Source: Convolutriloba macropyga
Taxonomy: Eukaryota
NCBI RefSeq assembly: GCF_964194025.1
Contig: NC_134474.1
Span: forward strand, 62,062,001-62,126,000
Reading direction: 5' to 3'
Length of the DNA: 64,000 nucleotides
The notes below the pieces were generated by a model. It was not told the origin of the DNA. It saw only the letters and a list, made by a program, of their open reading frames with translations, and did no database searches. Shown here piece by piece: positions 13,738 to 25,827 of this stretch; the first letter of the stretch is position 1; every line of letters begins with the position of its first letter. Position numbers and translations under genes: made by a program.

Positions 13738-14597
13738 TACAATAACAAGGATTTTTTTGAAATTCTTTTTTTCCAGGGATCTATCGCAGTTGAAAACTTG
13801 GTGAATTGTTGCTCGATCTCCGTTGTTTTCCCAAAACTTTTAACCAAATTTTTGGCTGTCTCCGTTTTTTTTAAACAAATTTTTCTCAATTTAACTAAAA
13901 TGGCAACAGTGGTATTGGTTTTACCTTTAAGGATAGAGGAGGAATGATGATTGTTTCTCTTGGTTCAAATTTTCCCAAAATAGATACATTAAAGATGCTA
14001 GCATAATCTTTTTGAACTTTAAAACAGGGATAGTTTAACTTCCGCTTCCTACAAGAGAGGTCCTGAATTTAAATAATACCCGTTTTTTGCTAACTTAGCT
14101 GACATCTATCTAAAATGCATTGTTTATTTTCTATATAATGAAATATATGATATTTTCTATATAATCATACGCCAAATTATCTATTTTGATAATTAAAAAA
14201 ATTGGGACAATTAGGTGTTTTTGTTAAACACGCAGCTACATCTAGGCTAGCTTTGTTCGGGATGTATAGGGGCGTGATCTTTTTTTCATAATGTTGGCTT
14301 AATTTTCTTTTACTTATGTTAAAAACCGACAAAAATTGTTTTAATTAACGCTTAATAAATGCAAATCTCATTTGCACGAAGATGAGCTTATATGAACAGA
14401 TTATATAACATTTTCAGATTGAGCTCATTGTATTTATTGTCTTGCAAATTGTTATTTTAAAACTAAATTAATTTCTTGTATTTCGCCTGAAATTGCTTTT
14501 TCTAGTCTCCTGACTTATTCTGATCAATCAAAAATCCAGCTTTCGCAAAGATGGGTATAAGTAAAAATATAATGTGTTTTCAGTTGATATATAATGG

Positions 14598-14804
14598 NNN
14601 NNNNNNNNNNNNNNNNNNNNNNNNNNNNNNNNNNNNNNNNNNNNNNNNNNNNNNNNNNNNNNNNNNNNNNNNNNNNNNNNNNNNNNNNNNNNNNNNNNNN
14701 NNNNNNNNNNNNNNNNNNNNNNNNNNNNNNNNNNNNNNNNNNNNNNNNNNNNNNNNNNNNNNNNNNNNNNNNNNNNNNNNNNNNNNNNNNNNNNNNNNNN
14801 NNNN
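14598..14804. other. Assembly gap (Ns)
   Basis: Run of N. Confidence 1.
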
Positions 14805-14872
14805 TTAATGACATGCTCAATCGGCGTTCAATAAATTCGGAATGGAACATATTCGAAGTTTTTATCTCTTCT

Positions 14873-16367
14873 TATTTTGATGGCTAGGTTTTCGTTCTCT
14901 GAAAAAAATTGTTAGTTTTTTTAATATTTACGAATATTTGTTGTCTTTTTCTTAGCTAATCAGCACATTGTGAATAATGAAAGTCACAATAAAATCCTCT
15001 AACAATAGAACTGAAACAATTTATTAATGTTAATTTGTAGTTAAATGTTTTATTGAGTTTTTATTTCAATAAATTCAATTAAAACGAATTTTTGAGACTA
15101 CGGTTTTTTTTAAGATTGTGCCATCATATTATTTAGCTCAATTCATCAGGTCTAAACAACTTTTTGATGAACCGTGCAACACTTCTCTAATGATTATATC
15201 CGTTGTTTATACGGTTCATTATTTGTCAAATTTTTAAGGCTTTGAATAATGTAATTTCGGAAAAACGTGTGTGAGCTTTTGAGTTCTGTCCGTATTTTGT
15301 TGTGGACTCAGTGATTAGTGTCACTAAAAAGACACTAAAAAGACTCAGTGATTAGTGTCACTAAAAAGACTCAGTGATTAGTGTCACTATTTTGATGGCT
15401 AGGTTTTCGTTCTCTGAAAAAAATTGTTAGTTTTTTTAATATTTACGAATATTTGTTGTCTTTTTCTTAGCTAATCAGCACATTGTGAATAATGAAAGTC
15501 ACAATAAAATCCTCTAACAATAGAACTGAAACAATTTATTAATGTTAATTTGTAGTTAAATGTTTTATTGAGTTTTTATTTCAATAAATTCAATTAAAAC
15601 GAATTTTTGAGACTACGGTTTTTTTTAAGATTGTGCCATCATATTATTTAGCCTCAATTCATCAGGTCTAAACAACTTTTTGATGAACCGTGCAACACTT
15701 CTCTAATGATTATATCCGTTGTTTATACGGTTCATTATTTGTCAAATTTTTAAGGCTTTGAATAATGTAATTTCGGAAAAACGTGTGTGAGCTTTTGAGT
15801 TCTGTCCGTATTTTGTTGTGGACTCAGTGATTAGTGTCACTAAAAAGACACTAAAAAGACTCAGTGATTAGTGTCACTAAAAAGACTCAGTGATTAGTGT
15901 CACTATTTTGATGGCTAGGTTTTCGTTCTCTGAAAAAAATTGTTAGTTTTTTTAATATTTACGAATATTTGTTGTCTTTTTCTTAGCTAATCAGCACATT
16001 GTGAATAATGAAAGTCACAATAAAATCCTCTAACAATAGAACTGAAACAATTTATTAATGTTAATTTGTAGTTAAATGTTTTATTGAGTTTTTATTTCAA
16101 TAAATTCAATTAAAACGAATTTTTGAGACTACGGTTTTTTTTAAGATTGTGCCATCATATTATTTAGCCTCAATTCATCAGGTCTAAACAACTTTTTGAT
16201 GAACCGTGCAACACTTCTCTAATGATTATATCCGTTGTTTATACGGTTCATTATTTGTCAAATTTTTAAGGCTTTGAATAATGTAATTTCGGAAAAACGT
16301 GTGTGAGCTTTTGAGTTCTGTCCGTATTTTGTTGTGGACTCAGTGATTAGTGTCACTAAAAAGACTC
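14873..16367 (+). repeat. Tandem array of ~516-bp units x ~3, near identical, inside HINE-A copy 1
   Basis: TGGCTAGGTTTTCGTTCTCTG recurs at 14881, 15396 and 15912. Units differ by only 1-2 single-base indels. Confidence 0.95.
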
Positions 16368-17385
16368 TACAACGTGTTTCAAGATGATCCATTATATTTT
16401 CATTTGAAAATTTATGTTTTTATGAATTCCGCAAAAATTTTTGTTTTAAATAGTTAATGAATTTTTGATATTTCTAATAGGGATGCGTTGTTTGATTTGA
16501 AAAAATGAAAATGCCAAACTGAGTCTTTTTAAAGTTCTCATTGAATAGCATATGGTTTTAGCGGCTACAACACCGTTCTCCTGTTAAAATGTTTTGATTT
16601 TTTAAAGATTTTCTTTGTTTGACAGATTCTTGTTTGTTGTGTAGTCGTATGACATTTTCTGGACAATTTCATGCCTCAAATGCTTCCTCAAGTGGTTTAA
16701 ATCAAGAGGTCTTAATTAATTCAACAATTATACCTCAAGATGAAAAATTGAAAATTTTAATGATTTAAGTGGAGACCTAAATGTTTAATCACTTAGAAAA
16801 TAATAGACTCTATAATGACAATATATTGGCCACACCTTAATGTGTATGGTTTAGGTTCTTTTGATGCCGTATTGATTTTATTATTGTGTTTTCTTTTTAA
16901 AATAGACATCAATTTTTGGGTGTAGTAAATAATTTTTGTTGTATTAAACTGAAATTTTAGTTTGTTTTGTCTTGTATTCTTGTTAGTGGCAAGTCTCATT
17001 GGCCATCTTACGCGGTATTGTTTTATTCATTTAATGGTTTGCTGAACATTTGAATATCTGATTTTTAGAATTTTTCTATCTCTTTCTGATTGGGTAGACA
17101 ATTAAGTAAAAAATCTATGAGCGGGGTCGGAACTTTATTTGCGAAAGTACTTTACCAATTCTGCAGAGAAATATTGCAGTGGTTTGCTTTTAAACGTGAG
17201 ACATTTTTGGTACCAATAGTTGCATTCAACGAGTGCCACCAAATTATATAGTCTTCATACAAATTATCTGATTTCGAAAAAGTATTTCAGTTTGATGTTG
17301 GAATTAGATTCTGAATCTTGTTCTAGTTGATCTCAATGAGTTAATTCATCTTGATCATTTTAAAATAAGCTCTGCTCAACAACAG

Positions 17386-19075
17386 TTGTCCTAACTCAAC
17401 TTAAAGGGGGAGGAGCTATATGCTCAATTGGGTTCGTTTTTATTTGCTCAATTTTGGCCGATAAATATCTTTTTTGTACAAAAATGTAAATATTATCATC
17501 AAAAAGCCCATATGTCACAGAAATTGTAAGTTTCGTCTTTTACAAATTTTGCCCTTTTCACAATTTTTGTTCTTTCTTTGAGATTTTTTGCGAGAATTTT
17601 GTTTTATAAGGTAGATAATGTCCATCAACTTTTCTAACAAAAAATTAGTAGGAAGTTCAAAATAGCATAAGATGAGAGAAAAATTAAACAAAATGAACGA
17701 GAAAAAAATGGACGTGTCTTTATATAGATTAAATGTACTCAGTGGCAAAAATGCTGTCAATTTTAATGGTTGTTAAGTCTTCCTGTTAAAAAATTCTGCA
17801 AAATTCAGCACTATCTCATTTTAGCTAAAAAAACTATTCAATGTTAAAAGGCAGCTAAAATGGTTTTTAATCCCGATAAGCATTATTTTAGCTAAAATTG
17901 TTGATAACTTTCAAAATTACTGCCTAGAACCTGTTTAAAGAATCATCACAAACTGATACGACGGGCTGTTCAATTTATATTATACTAAGTAACCAAACTA
18001 TTACGAAGTGCTTTTTGGACAGTAATTTTTACTAATTTAAGTCGATTTAACAAAATTATGTGCCGTTTAAGCCTTATTATCCATCTATTTTGTGTATTTG
18101 TAAGTTTTTGGAGTATTTAAGAAAGTATAAGAGACGCAAAGCGATAGGGAGGATATTAATGATCTCATACTGGCAGCCCGGTTGGTTTTTATCTCGGTAA
18201 AATAGTATTCAATTTGAGAAACAACAAACCTCATCAACCCTTTACTCTCAAAAACTTCGATTCTCTATTTTTTTGTAATAGTTAATGTTATTTTTTGCCG
18301 ACCATATTGCTTCTCATATGTTGCGATGTTTTTATTTGAATTTCGCTAGCTTTTCGGGATTAAAAAAACAATTATAGCTACCTTTCAACATTGAATAGTT
18401 TTGAGTGGTTAATGATTTTGATATCAAATTACGTGTTTTTTTTAACTTCGATTGCACTTACTTTGTCAAAAACTATTTTGAGTTTTGCGGTTGTCTGTTT
18501 TTTACTGTTTAAGTTGTTTTTGTTCTCATTTTTGTCTGAATGCTAGTAGCTGTTTTCTAAGAAGGCGTATTTTGCGTTTCATCAGAGTATTTTAATAGGT
18601 ATTTGATAATTAAGATTTATCAAAATTTTTTTAAAGAATCTCTTTTTTTGTTTTTTTTTCGATGTCTTTTGTTGTTTTCGTATGTGTAGTGTTATTTGCT
18701 TTTTTATTATTAACGGCTGCCGTTGCCATAAGTTTGCAAGTATTCAAGTCGTTTGTCAATTTATTTTGTGGTTGAATTTGGTAGAATTGGAAATCAGAAG
18801 CTGATATTCATCTTGTTTGGCAAAATTAGGTGTTGACTTGATAAATTGCGTCTTGCGGTTCATTTTTTGTCCATCCTATTGAAAAAAAAATCAACCTCAT
18901 TGGTATACATTTCTGCCTATAATTGATAATTTTTCAGATATCCCCGAGAATCCATTCCTCTGTTTTATTTGAAAAGTTTACCACCTCTGCACTATTTGCA
19001 GACAATTAAGCCAAAAATGTGGAGGAACTGGATCAGATTTTTATGTGCATACGCACATTACCGAACCGCTTTATT
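17386..19075 (+). mobile_element. HINE-A copy 2 (diverged)
   Basis: 5' TTGTCCTAACTC...GGGGGGAGGAGCTATATGCTCAA...TCAATTTTGGCCGAT. 3' hairpin ATGTGC-ATAC-GCACAT (19043-19058) followed by TACCGAACCGCTTT. Confidence 0.75.
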
Positions 19076-19611
19076 GATGCTAAGATATCATTTTCTCTTT
19101 TATTACATGATAATATAAACTTTATGGGGGTTTTACCTCTGGTTTTCAATGGATCATAGAAAGTCAAACAAAAACATTTAAAGAACCATAAACAAGCGTT
19201 TCTTTATCTTTACACCTTCTTCTCATTTTTTGAAGATAATTTTCTCAATTATTATTTTTTTGATTATCTCCGCTCCATTCCGCAATCTGCGGCCGAAGAA
19301 AAGTTTTTAATCATCTTTGTGCCACAGTACAGTTACCTTGTTTATTAAAAACACTGTAAAAGCCAAGACTAATATAAACGTAAGTTGTGAAAATTGCCAT
19401 CCAACAGCAACCATTTCAATGAAGTAACTCTTGCCAGTTGATGGCGTTTATGAATTCATTGAAATTAACTGAACCACCAGTGGGAGTTATTTCCTACGAA
19501 ATTACTATAATATATAGACAATTATTCTGTTCTAAGAATTTTCTCTGGTCCAAAAGTACTGGATCCTAGAAGTATCGCATTCTTTCAAGTCCTTTGTGCT
19601 ACAACATCAAA

Positions 19612-20010
19612 CTAACCAAAACTGCTCTTATGATCTTTCAAAGCTTTTATGATCGAGTGCATCGATTCCTTATCGTTTTGGTGACAAGTCGAGAAACTCG
19701 TGTATATCACTCCCAATAATTCCACTGGAAAACTCATTGACGTTTTTTCCGCTATTCTAGATTGAACTTTAAGGCAGCTCTCTGTTGAATCTTTAGTTGA
19801 CAGAGCGGAACATCCACAGTCGCTTATAAAATTTTTGTTCTTTTTAAGTTTTTCTTTTCTTGGAATATACTCAATTAAGATTCCAAAAGTTTTGATGGTC
19901 TTTGTGGTCGTTTGCTTGAAAAACTGATCCCAAAATTCATTCTCAACACTTGTATCAATGTTTGCCAAAATTTCAGATACTTTCTTAAAAACAATCACAT
20001 TCACTTCCAA
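19612..20010 (-). pseudogene. Decayed orphan coding segment (132-aa ORF), weakly dsRBD-like C-terminal half
   Basis: Coding-like composition. FPVELLGVIYTSFSTCHQNDKESMHSIIKALKD resembles beta2-beta3-alpha2 of a dsRBD. Broken reading frames continue toward ~19100 with a possible short GT-AG intron. Confidence 0.3.
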
Positions 20011-21797
20011 TAATAGTTCCCCTCAAACCGGAAACTCCCCGGTTACATTCCGGGAAGTCCGTTTCTTTCTGACCGGCAAGTTAAGGAAATTTAAAGGAAA
20101 GATTACCGGAAAATGGCATTTACAGCGGCAACTGATGGGCTGAATATAACTTGCAGAGGTGCCAAGTCTGAAAATGAGAAATCAAAAAAGAATGAGTTCA
20201 ATTTTGGTCCCGATTTTCAGCACTTTTTTGAAATAAGCTTGTTCTAGGTGAGACCCGTTTTCATATTTTGATGCTAAAGAGGATGACCAAATGTTTCATG
20301 TTCACTAGGGGGTTAGGGCCAGGGAAAGAGAAGATAAATTGTCCAATAAAATGTTTTACTTTAAGATTAGAGATCAGAAAAAATCGAGTCGTATATAAAT
20401 GCACCAACTCACCTGTTTTTCAATAACTGACTATATTCACGAAGCTATCAATTACAAAGGAATAACTGAAAAGTTATAATCAGAGAAAACGACCAAAATC
20501 GCTAATAATATATTGATTGCTCAGCTTTTAGTCTGTATGGCTTTCAGCTTAGCAACCATGAGCCGAAAATTGAGTGGCAAATTTTGAATGAACAAAGCTA
20601 AGCGACGCTGAAATAAAAGAGGAAAGATAATAAAAATATAAACATTAAAAACACAATGCAAAATCGGGACGGGTTGGCTACTGAAACGGGAGCAGTGGCT
20701 TCAGGCGGAGGAAAAACGATAAAAAGTTACGAATAGATGGTAAAAAAAGGTAAAGAAAGAAAGGGGGAGAATGAATTGATATGAAACACACGAGGCAAAA
20801 GGCATTAAATTTTGAATAGTGGCTAAATTTACTGTAAAAAGTGAAGGAGCTATACTTCAGGTTGGAAAGATTCTTGTAATAAATAATTAAACCACACTAC
20901 ACACAGACGCACAGCAGTTTCTATTTTCTATCTATCTATCTTTGTATCTACTGCTCCAGAAAAGCCTACAACTCCGCTAGCTCGCTCTCTCTCTCTCTTA
21001 AAATCTCTTACAGTTTTGCCTTGTTTGTTTCAGGCAGTTTTTTTTCCATTATGGACCAAAAATGCTATGAAATAATGCCATATACATTGATGCCCATTAA
21101 AAATTCACATGCTAACCATAGTCAATATAGACTGATGTTTGCATTTGCTGTTAATACTCCATCAGGGCTAAAAGCTAAAAAAAATGAACTGTTTGTTTAA
21201 TGCACCAATTATTTTTAGCATTACGCTTAAAATTTCCCGTATTGAAAATTTCCCGTTTTTTGCTCAGTTTTAGCTGAAGGGAAAATTTTCTTTCATGTTC
21301 AAAAAAATATTTAGACTTGTTTGTCTTTTGCAAAATTAAGGCAACTTTTAGCTTGTAGGCGTGTTCTAAATGTTTATTTTTCATAAATGGGGCAGGAAAA
21401 AATTCCATGGGATGGTTTTGTTTCAATTGCTGCAGTATTTCATTCAGAGAAAGCTTGTCATTTCATATATTAATTTGAAAGATGCATTTAATTTGAATGT
21501 TGGTTCAGTGTATTATTTTTACAACAAGACTGACTAGTTGACAAACATTCAATAAAATGACACCCTGATGAAAAAGTCTAAGAAAGTTTTGAATTATTCG
21601 ACCAACTATTGTAGCTCCATTCTGAAGTGCAAGATTGTGAAAAAGAAATTTCAGCTGTTCATTTTCATTCAACTACCCTTTTAATGTTTTTGAAAAATCA
21701 TTCATTAATGAATATTTTTAAAATTTCTTTGACATTATGCAAGATCATGAATTCTGGCCTTTCTAATATATAAAACCTTTGTCTCATAACAACCTTG

Positions 21798-24475
21798 TTG
21801 TTCCGAGCCCTTTGTGGGGGGAGGAACTATATACTCAAATGGGTTTTTTTTTTGTTCAGTCAATTTTGGCCGATCGATATATTCGTCGTAGAGAAATGTG
21901 AGTGGTATCATTAAAAAGCTGGTCCAGCGTAGAATTCAAAATTAAAAAAAATGTTGATTTTCGTTTTTTTCGAGGAGTTATCGAGGATTGAAGTTTCGTG
22001 TGAACACGCGATATTTGTTCACTTTTAGTGTAATTTTTCTCCAAATTAAAATAATTTCTATAAAAACAGTATTAAAAAATTAAATTTCACGACAAAAAGG
22101 ACCAATTTTTTGTTCCTAATAGACTAAAGGCGACAAAAAAGACTAGTTCTGGTCTCATTGGGATGTTCACTATCAAAAAAATTCGAATTTTATTTGAGAG
22201 CTCTTTTTTTTATGAAACTTTCTTTTTTGCTTTTTTTAAGTCACCTAGAGACAAGTCACTTTTTGTATCGAGGTCCAGTTAATGACAAACCTCCTTTACA
22301 GTCAAATTAAGCCAATGAACAAAAAAAATCGTTTTCAAGAAATTGCTCATGTTTTTTTTGGCTTCGATTCTGAGTTTTCGTAATTTTAAATGAAATTTTG
22401 AAATTCTTTTTGAGGTTTTACTTCTTTTTTGGAGTCCTGTGGCATGGATTCATTGCACTGACTAACAGTGCAATATGTTCAAAAATGAGCATTAAATGAA
22501 CATATCTAGTGTTTTGAGGGGACAGCTAAGGGCTGTTAAGACTTAAAAAATAATTTTTCGATTTTTTTTGAACATAAAAGAATAAAACTTATTATTGTGA
22601 ACTGTAAGTCAGTCCAGGATTGACAGCACCCTCTTCCTTCCTACTGCAACCCAATTTAATCTGGTTAGCGGTTTTGTCTCCTAACTATTGGTTATATGAC
22701 TTCAATGACACAAGATTTCAATTTTTTTAAAATTTTTTTTTGGACATTTTTTTTATTATTGGTTATTTTTGAACTCTTATCACCTTATCCAAAGATTATA
22801 CACATTATCGAAATATTACTTTAACGCCATTGGTTTTGAAAGGTCGTTGAGTGGATCATAGATAGAGTTTTTAGAGAAAAGATAATGGTTTAATTGGCTT
22901 CGACACTTTCTTCTCGCACTTTTTTTCTTTACCGAACTTTGGTTTTTGCCTGTTTTTTTATTGTTTTTACAGTCATAAGTTTTTTTGTGATGTCATGTTA
23001 ATTATCTATCCGTAACAAACACCCTTTTCCTCCCATCGGGTTATATCAGAGCTGGATTTTGAGCTCCGTTGAAAGATTTTGATTTTAATGGCTGTTATGA
23101 GTTTTAAAAAATTTTCGAATTTTTTTTGAATATTAACCAATCCTAAACTTTTGTCTTGAACTGTTGGTCAATGTAAGTACTTGCGGAATCGTTTTCCGTT
23201 CCACTGCAGTCAAAATTAATCTGGTTAGCGGTTTAATCTTCTACCTATTAAATTTAAAACTTCAATGCTACGAGATTTCATAATTTTTTTTTCAATTTTT
23301 GCGTACTTTGTTTTATTTTTGCATCCTTTTGAAGTCTTATCACATCGTCCTACTGCTGATGGTCCCCAGTGTTTGAGGGATAAAATTCAACGAATCAAAG
23401 ATAAAGTTTTCAGAGAAGAGCTTATGATTTGAATTGCTTCGACATATTCTTCTGGCACTTTTCTACTGAATTTTTGGTTTTTGCCTGTCTCTCTTGTCGT
23501 TTTCATAGTCAATAACTTGTTGTAAGTCCTTATTGATGAAAAATGATTGTGAAACAAACTTATTGTCCCGTTGAGGCATAAATTAGCGTATTTACCGGCT
23601 TGCGTTGAAGGCTAATGAAATTAATTGCGTTGATAATACGTTATTTCTCGAAAATTTCGTTGTTCTAATGTATTTGTTTATGTTTGTTGATTTTTTGAAA
23701 TTATATTGATAAATTAGAGAAATCTCATTGCTCTTAAAAATTGATTGAAAATAGAAGAGTTTTTGTGAAAAGTTCTTTTTTTCAATGCCTTCGACACTTC
23801 TCTCGCTCAATTTTTTCTTGAATTTGCTTTTTTTTGTTCTTTAGGTAGTTCTAAATTGCTGACAGTTCTCATAGGCTTCTAATTGAGCATTGAGTGAATG
23901 ATGTTACCCGAAGCAGTCAGTTTATAGCGAATAGTCTTAAAATTTATGATAATCATATTGAAGTCCTTTCGGTTTTGTAATGAGTTTTTAGTAATTTATT
24001 AAGGATTATTTAGTTAAATGCTAATGATTTTTAAGATTTTTGAGATTTCTTGGTGTAAAATATGTTGATTATTTTTTTTTTTAGGTTTCGCCTCATTGTT
24101 CTTTTTTTTGTCGACTTGTTACCCAGTCTCATAAAGAAAAATTTCTTGTGTAGTTAAGGTTTTACCTGACTGCACTTTGGACGTTGTTACTAGGTGCTTT
24201 TAAATTTAGATATTACGTTTTTGCCGTGAAATTTTTGTTTGTGCTAATTTTGTTTTTTGTTTTTTTTGTCTCTTAAACTCTTTAATGTCAGATCACGTTG
24301 GCGCTGTGATGAGGCATTATGTAATTCAATTAGTAGATAAGTTGTGTAACGTTTGCTTTAAACTCAAACATCTATTTTTGTTATCTCTTCATTTGGTTGA
24401 CAATTTAAACAAAAATGTAGATGAGCTCGGGTCGGAACATCATGTGCGAACGCACATTAACGAGTCATCTTGTTT
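21798..24475 (+). mobile_element. HINE-A copy 3, complete, with internal ~550-bp degenerate tandem repeats
   Basis: 5' TTGTTCCGAGCCC...GGGGGGAGGAACTATATACTCAAATGG. 3' GGGTCGGAACA + ATGTGC-GAAC-GCACAT + TAACGAGTCATCTTGTT. AATCTGGTTAGCGGTTT repeats at ~22659 and ~23218. Colinear with copy 7. Confidence 0.88.
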
Positions 24476-25627
24476 ATTTTTTGAGCGCAAACGGTTCTCA
24501 AAAAATTCTTGTTCAACTGAGCCAGTCAACATAAGAGTTAGGCTAGTTGCGGGCATTGTTTAAACAAGGATTGCTAGTTCAAATAACCATTATAACTCAA
24601 TTTTTTGTCACTATTTTAACTATGCCATGCATTGTCACTTTCGATTGAAGACTCAACTCAAACCAAAATATACTATATTGGAGCCAGATTCGAGCCAGTA
24701 TCTTGGTATTTTCCGCTGTTAATAATTTTTACTCAAGTGATCGACGAATGGAAAAACTTGCAAGCGTATTGAAAGCAATCTTCCAAGTGAATGCATACAG
24801 CTACCAATTTGCTTCCAACTTTGCAGCAAGAACTTTGTCTTAGTTTTTGCATAAGCCATTTTAGCTTTTTTTGTTAACTATAGATAGACAACTAAATTTC
24901 ACACACAGTAAGGTACGTGGATAATCATTTGTTTGTTTCTGAAAAAATTGCACATCGGAGCCGTTTTCAAAACTCTGTCTTTAATGTTCTTGAACCCAAA
25001 AACGTAAAAATACTGGTCATTTTTCAGTAAAAAGGAAATTTCAGATATAAACTACCACGAACTAACTTGATGTCAACTGTTTCCAAATAATATCTAAAAA
25101 TTTAACGGCAACAAAATATTTATTCAGTATTCTTTCAATCATGAAATTCTTCCTTCCCGATCAATTTATGTCTTAACTTTATTCTTGTATTAACTAAAAG
25201 AAAACAAGATTTGTCATTCACTTTTCTGAAAGTTTTAAATTTGAATCATTAATGAATTCCAAACCGTTCTGAACTAACTTCTAATTCCCACTGACCATTG
25301 GTGTCAAGCTTTCACTTAGCTCTCTCTTCTAATGTGAGATCTATTTTTCAGCAGATGGCAAAAAATTGAATGTAGGTATAACGACTGAAAAACCTATTTT
25401 TTTGTGGGCTCCTTTTTATGATAAGTTTTTATCTGCAGGCTCAAAGTTACTACATAAGCGCAACGATGAAGTCGAAAAAAAAGAAAGTTAGAGTTTAGAG
25501 TAAATGGTTCAAAAAAAAGCAGCACTTTGTCTGTTAATTTAGCTTGATATGCACCTCCTATGAATGAAAATTTTCAATTTTATCTTTACCTCAACTATCA
25601 ACTACCTTTAATATTGATCTTGCTTAC

Positions 25628-25827
25628 NNNNNNNNNNNNNNNNNNNNNNNNNNNNNNNNNNNNNNNNNNNNNNNNNNNNNNNNNNNNNNNNNNNNNNNNN
25701 NNNNNNNNNNNNNNNNNNNNNNNNNNNNNNNNNNNNNNNNNNNNNNNNNNNNNNNNNNNNNNNNNNNNNNNNNNNNNNNNNNNNNNNNNNNNNNNNNNNN
25801 NNNNNNNNNNNNNNNNNNNNNNNNNNN
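25628..25827. other. Assembly gap (Ns)
   Basis: Run of N. Confidence 1.

Larger units (their letters stand above)
12360..17165 (+). mobile_element. HINE-A copy 1 (Helentron/DINE-1-like), interrupted by Tc1 and containing a ~516-bp tandem array
   Basis: 5' TTGTTCCGACACC...GGGGAAGAAACTATATACTCAAA. 3' subTIR GGGGTCGGAAC at 17123-17133. Pairing of the two ends is inferred across the N gap at 14598-14804. Confidence 0.65.

Noticed and set aside
14524-14887. Long X-containing ORFs (also 25560-25928 and 48854-49957)
   Set aside because: Artefacts of N gaps.
15305-16367. Repeated palindromic 26-mer GACTCAGTGATTAGTGTCACTAAAAA as a CRISPR array
   Set aside because: No unique spacers, part of a larger tandem duplication, eukaryotic context and no cas genes.
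24640-24865. Minus-strand Cys/His-rich fragment (CCKVG...VCIHLEDCFQYACKFFH), PHD-like
   Set aside because: Too short and frameshifted to support a call.
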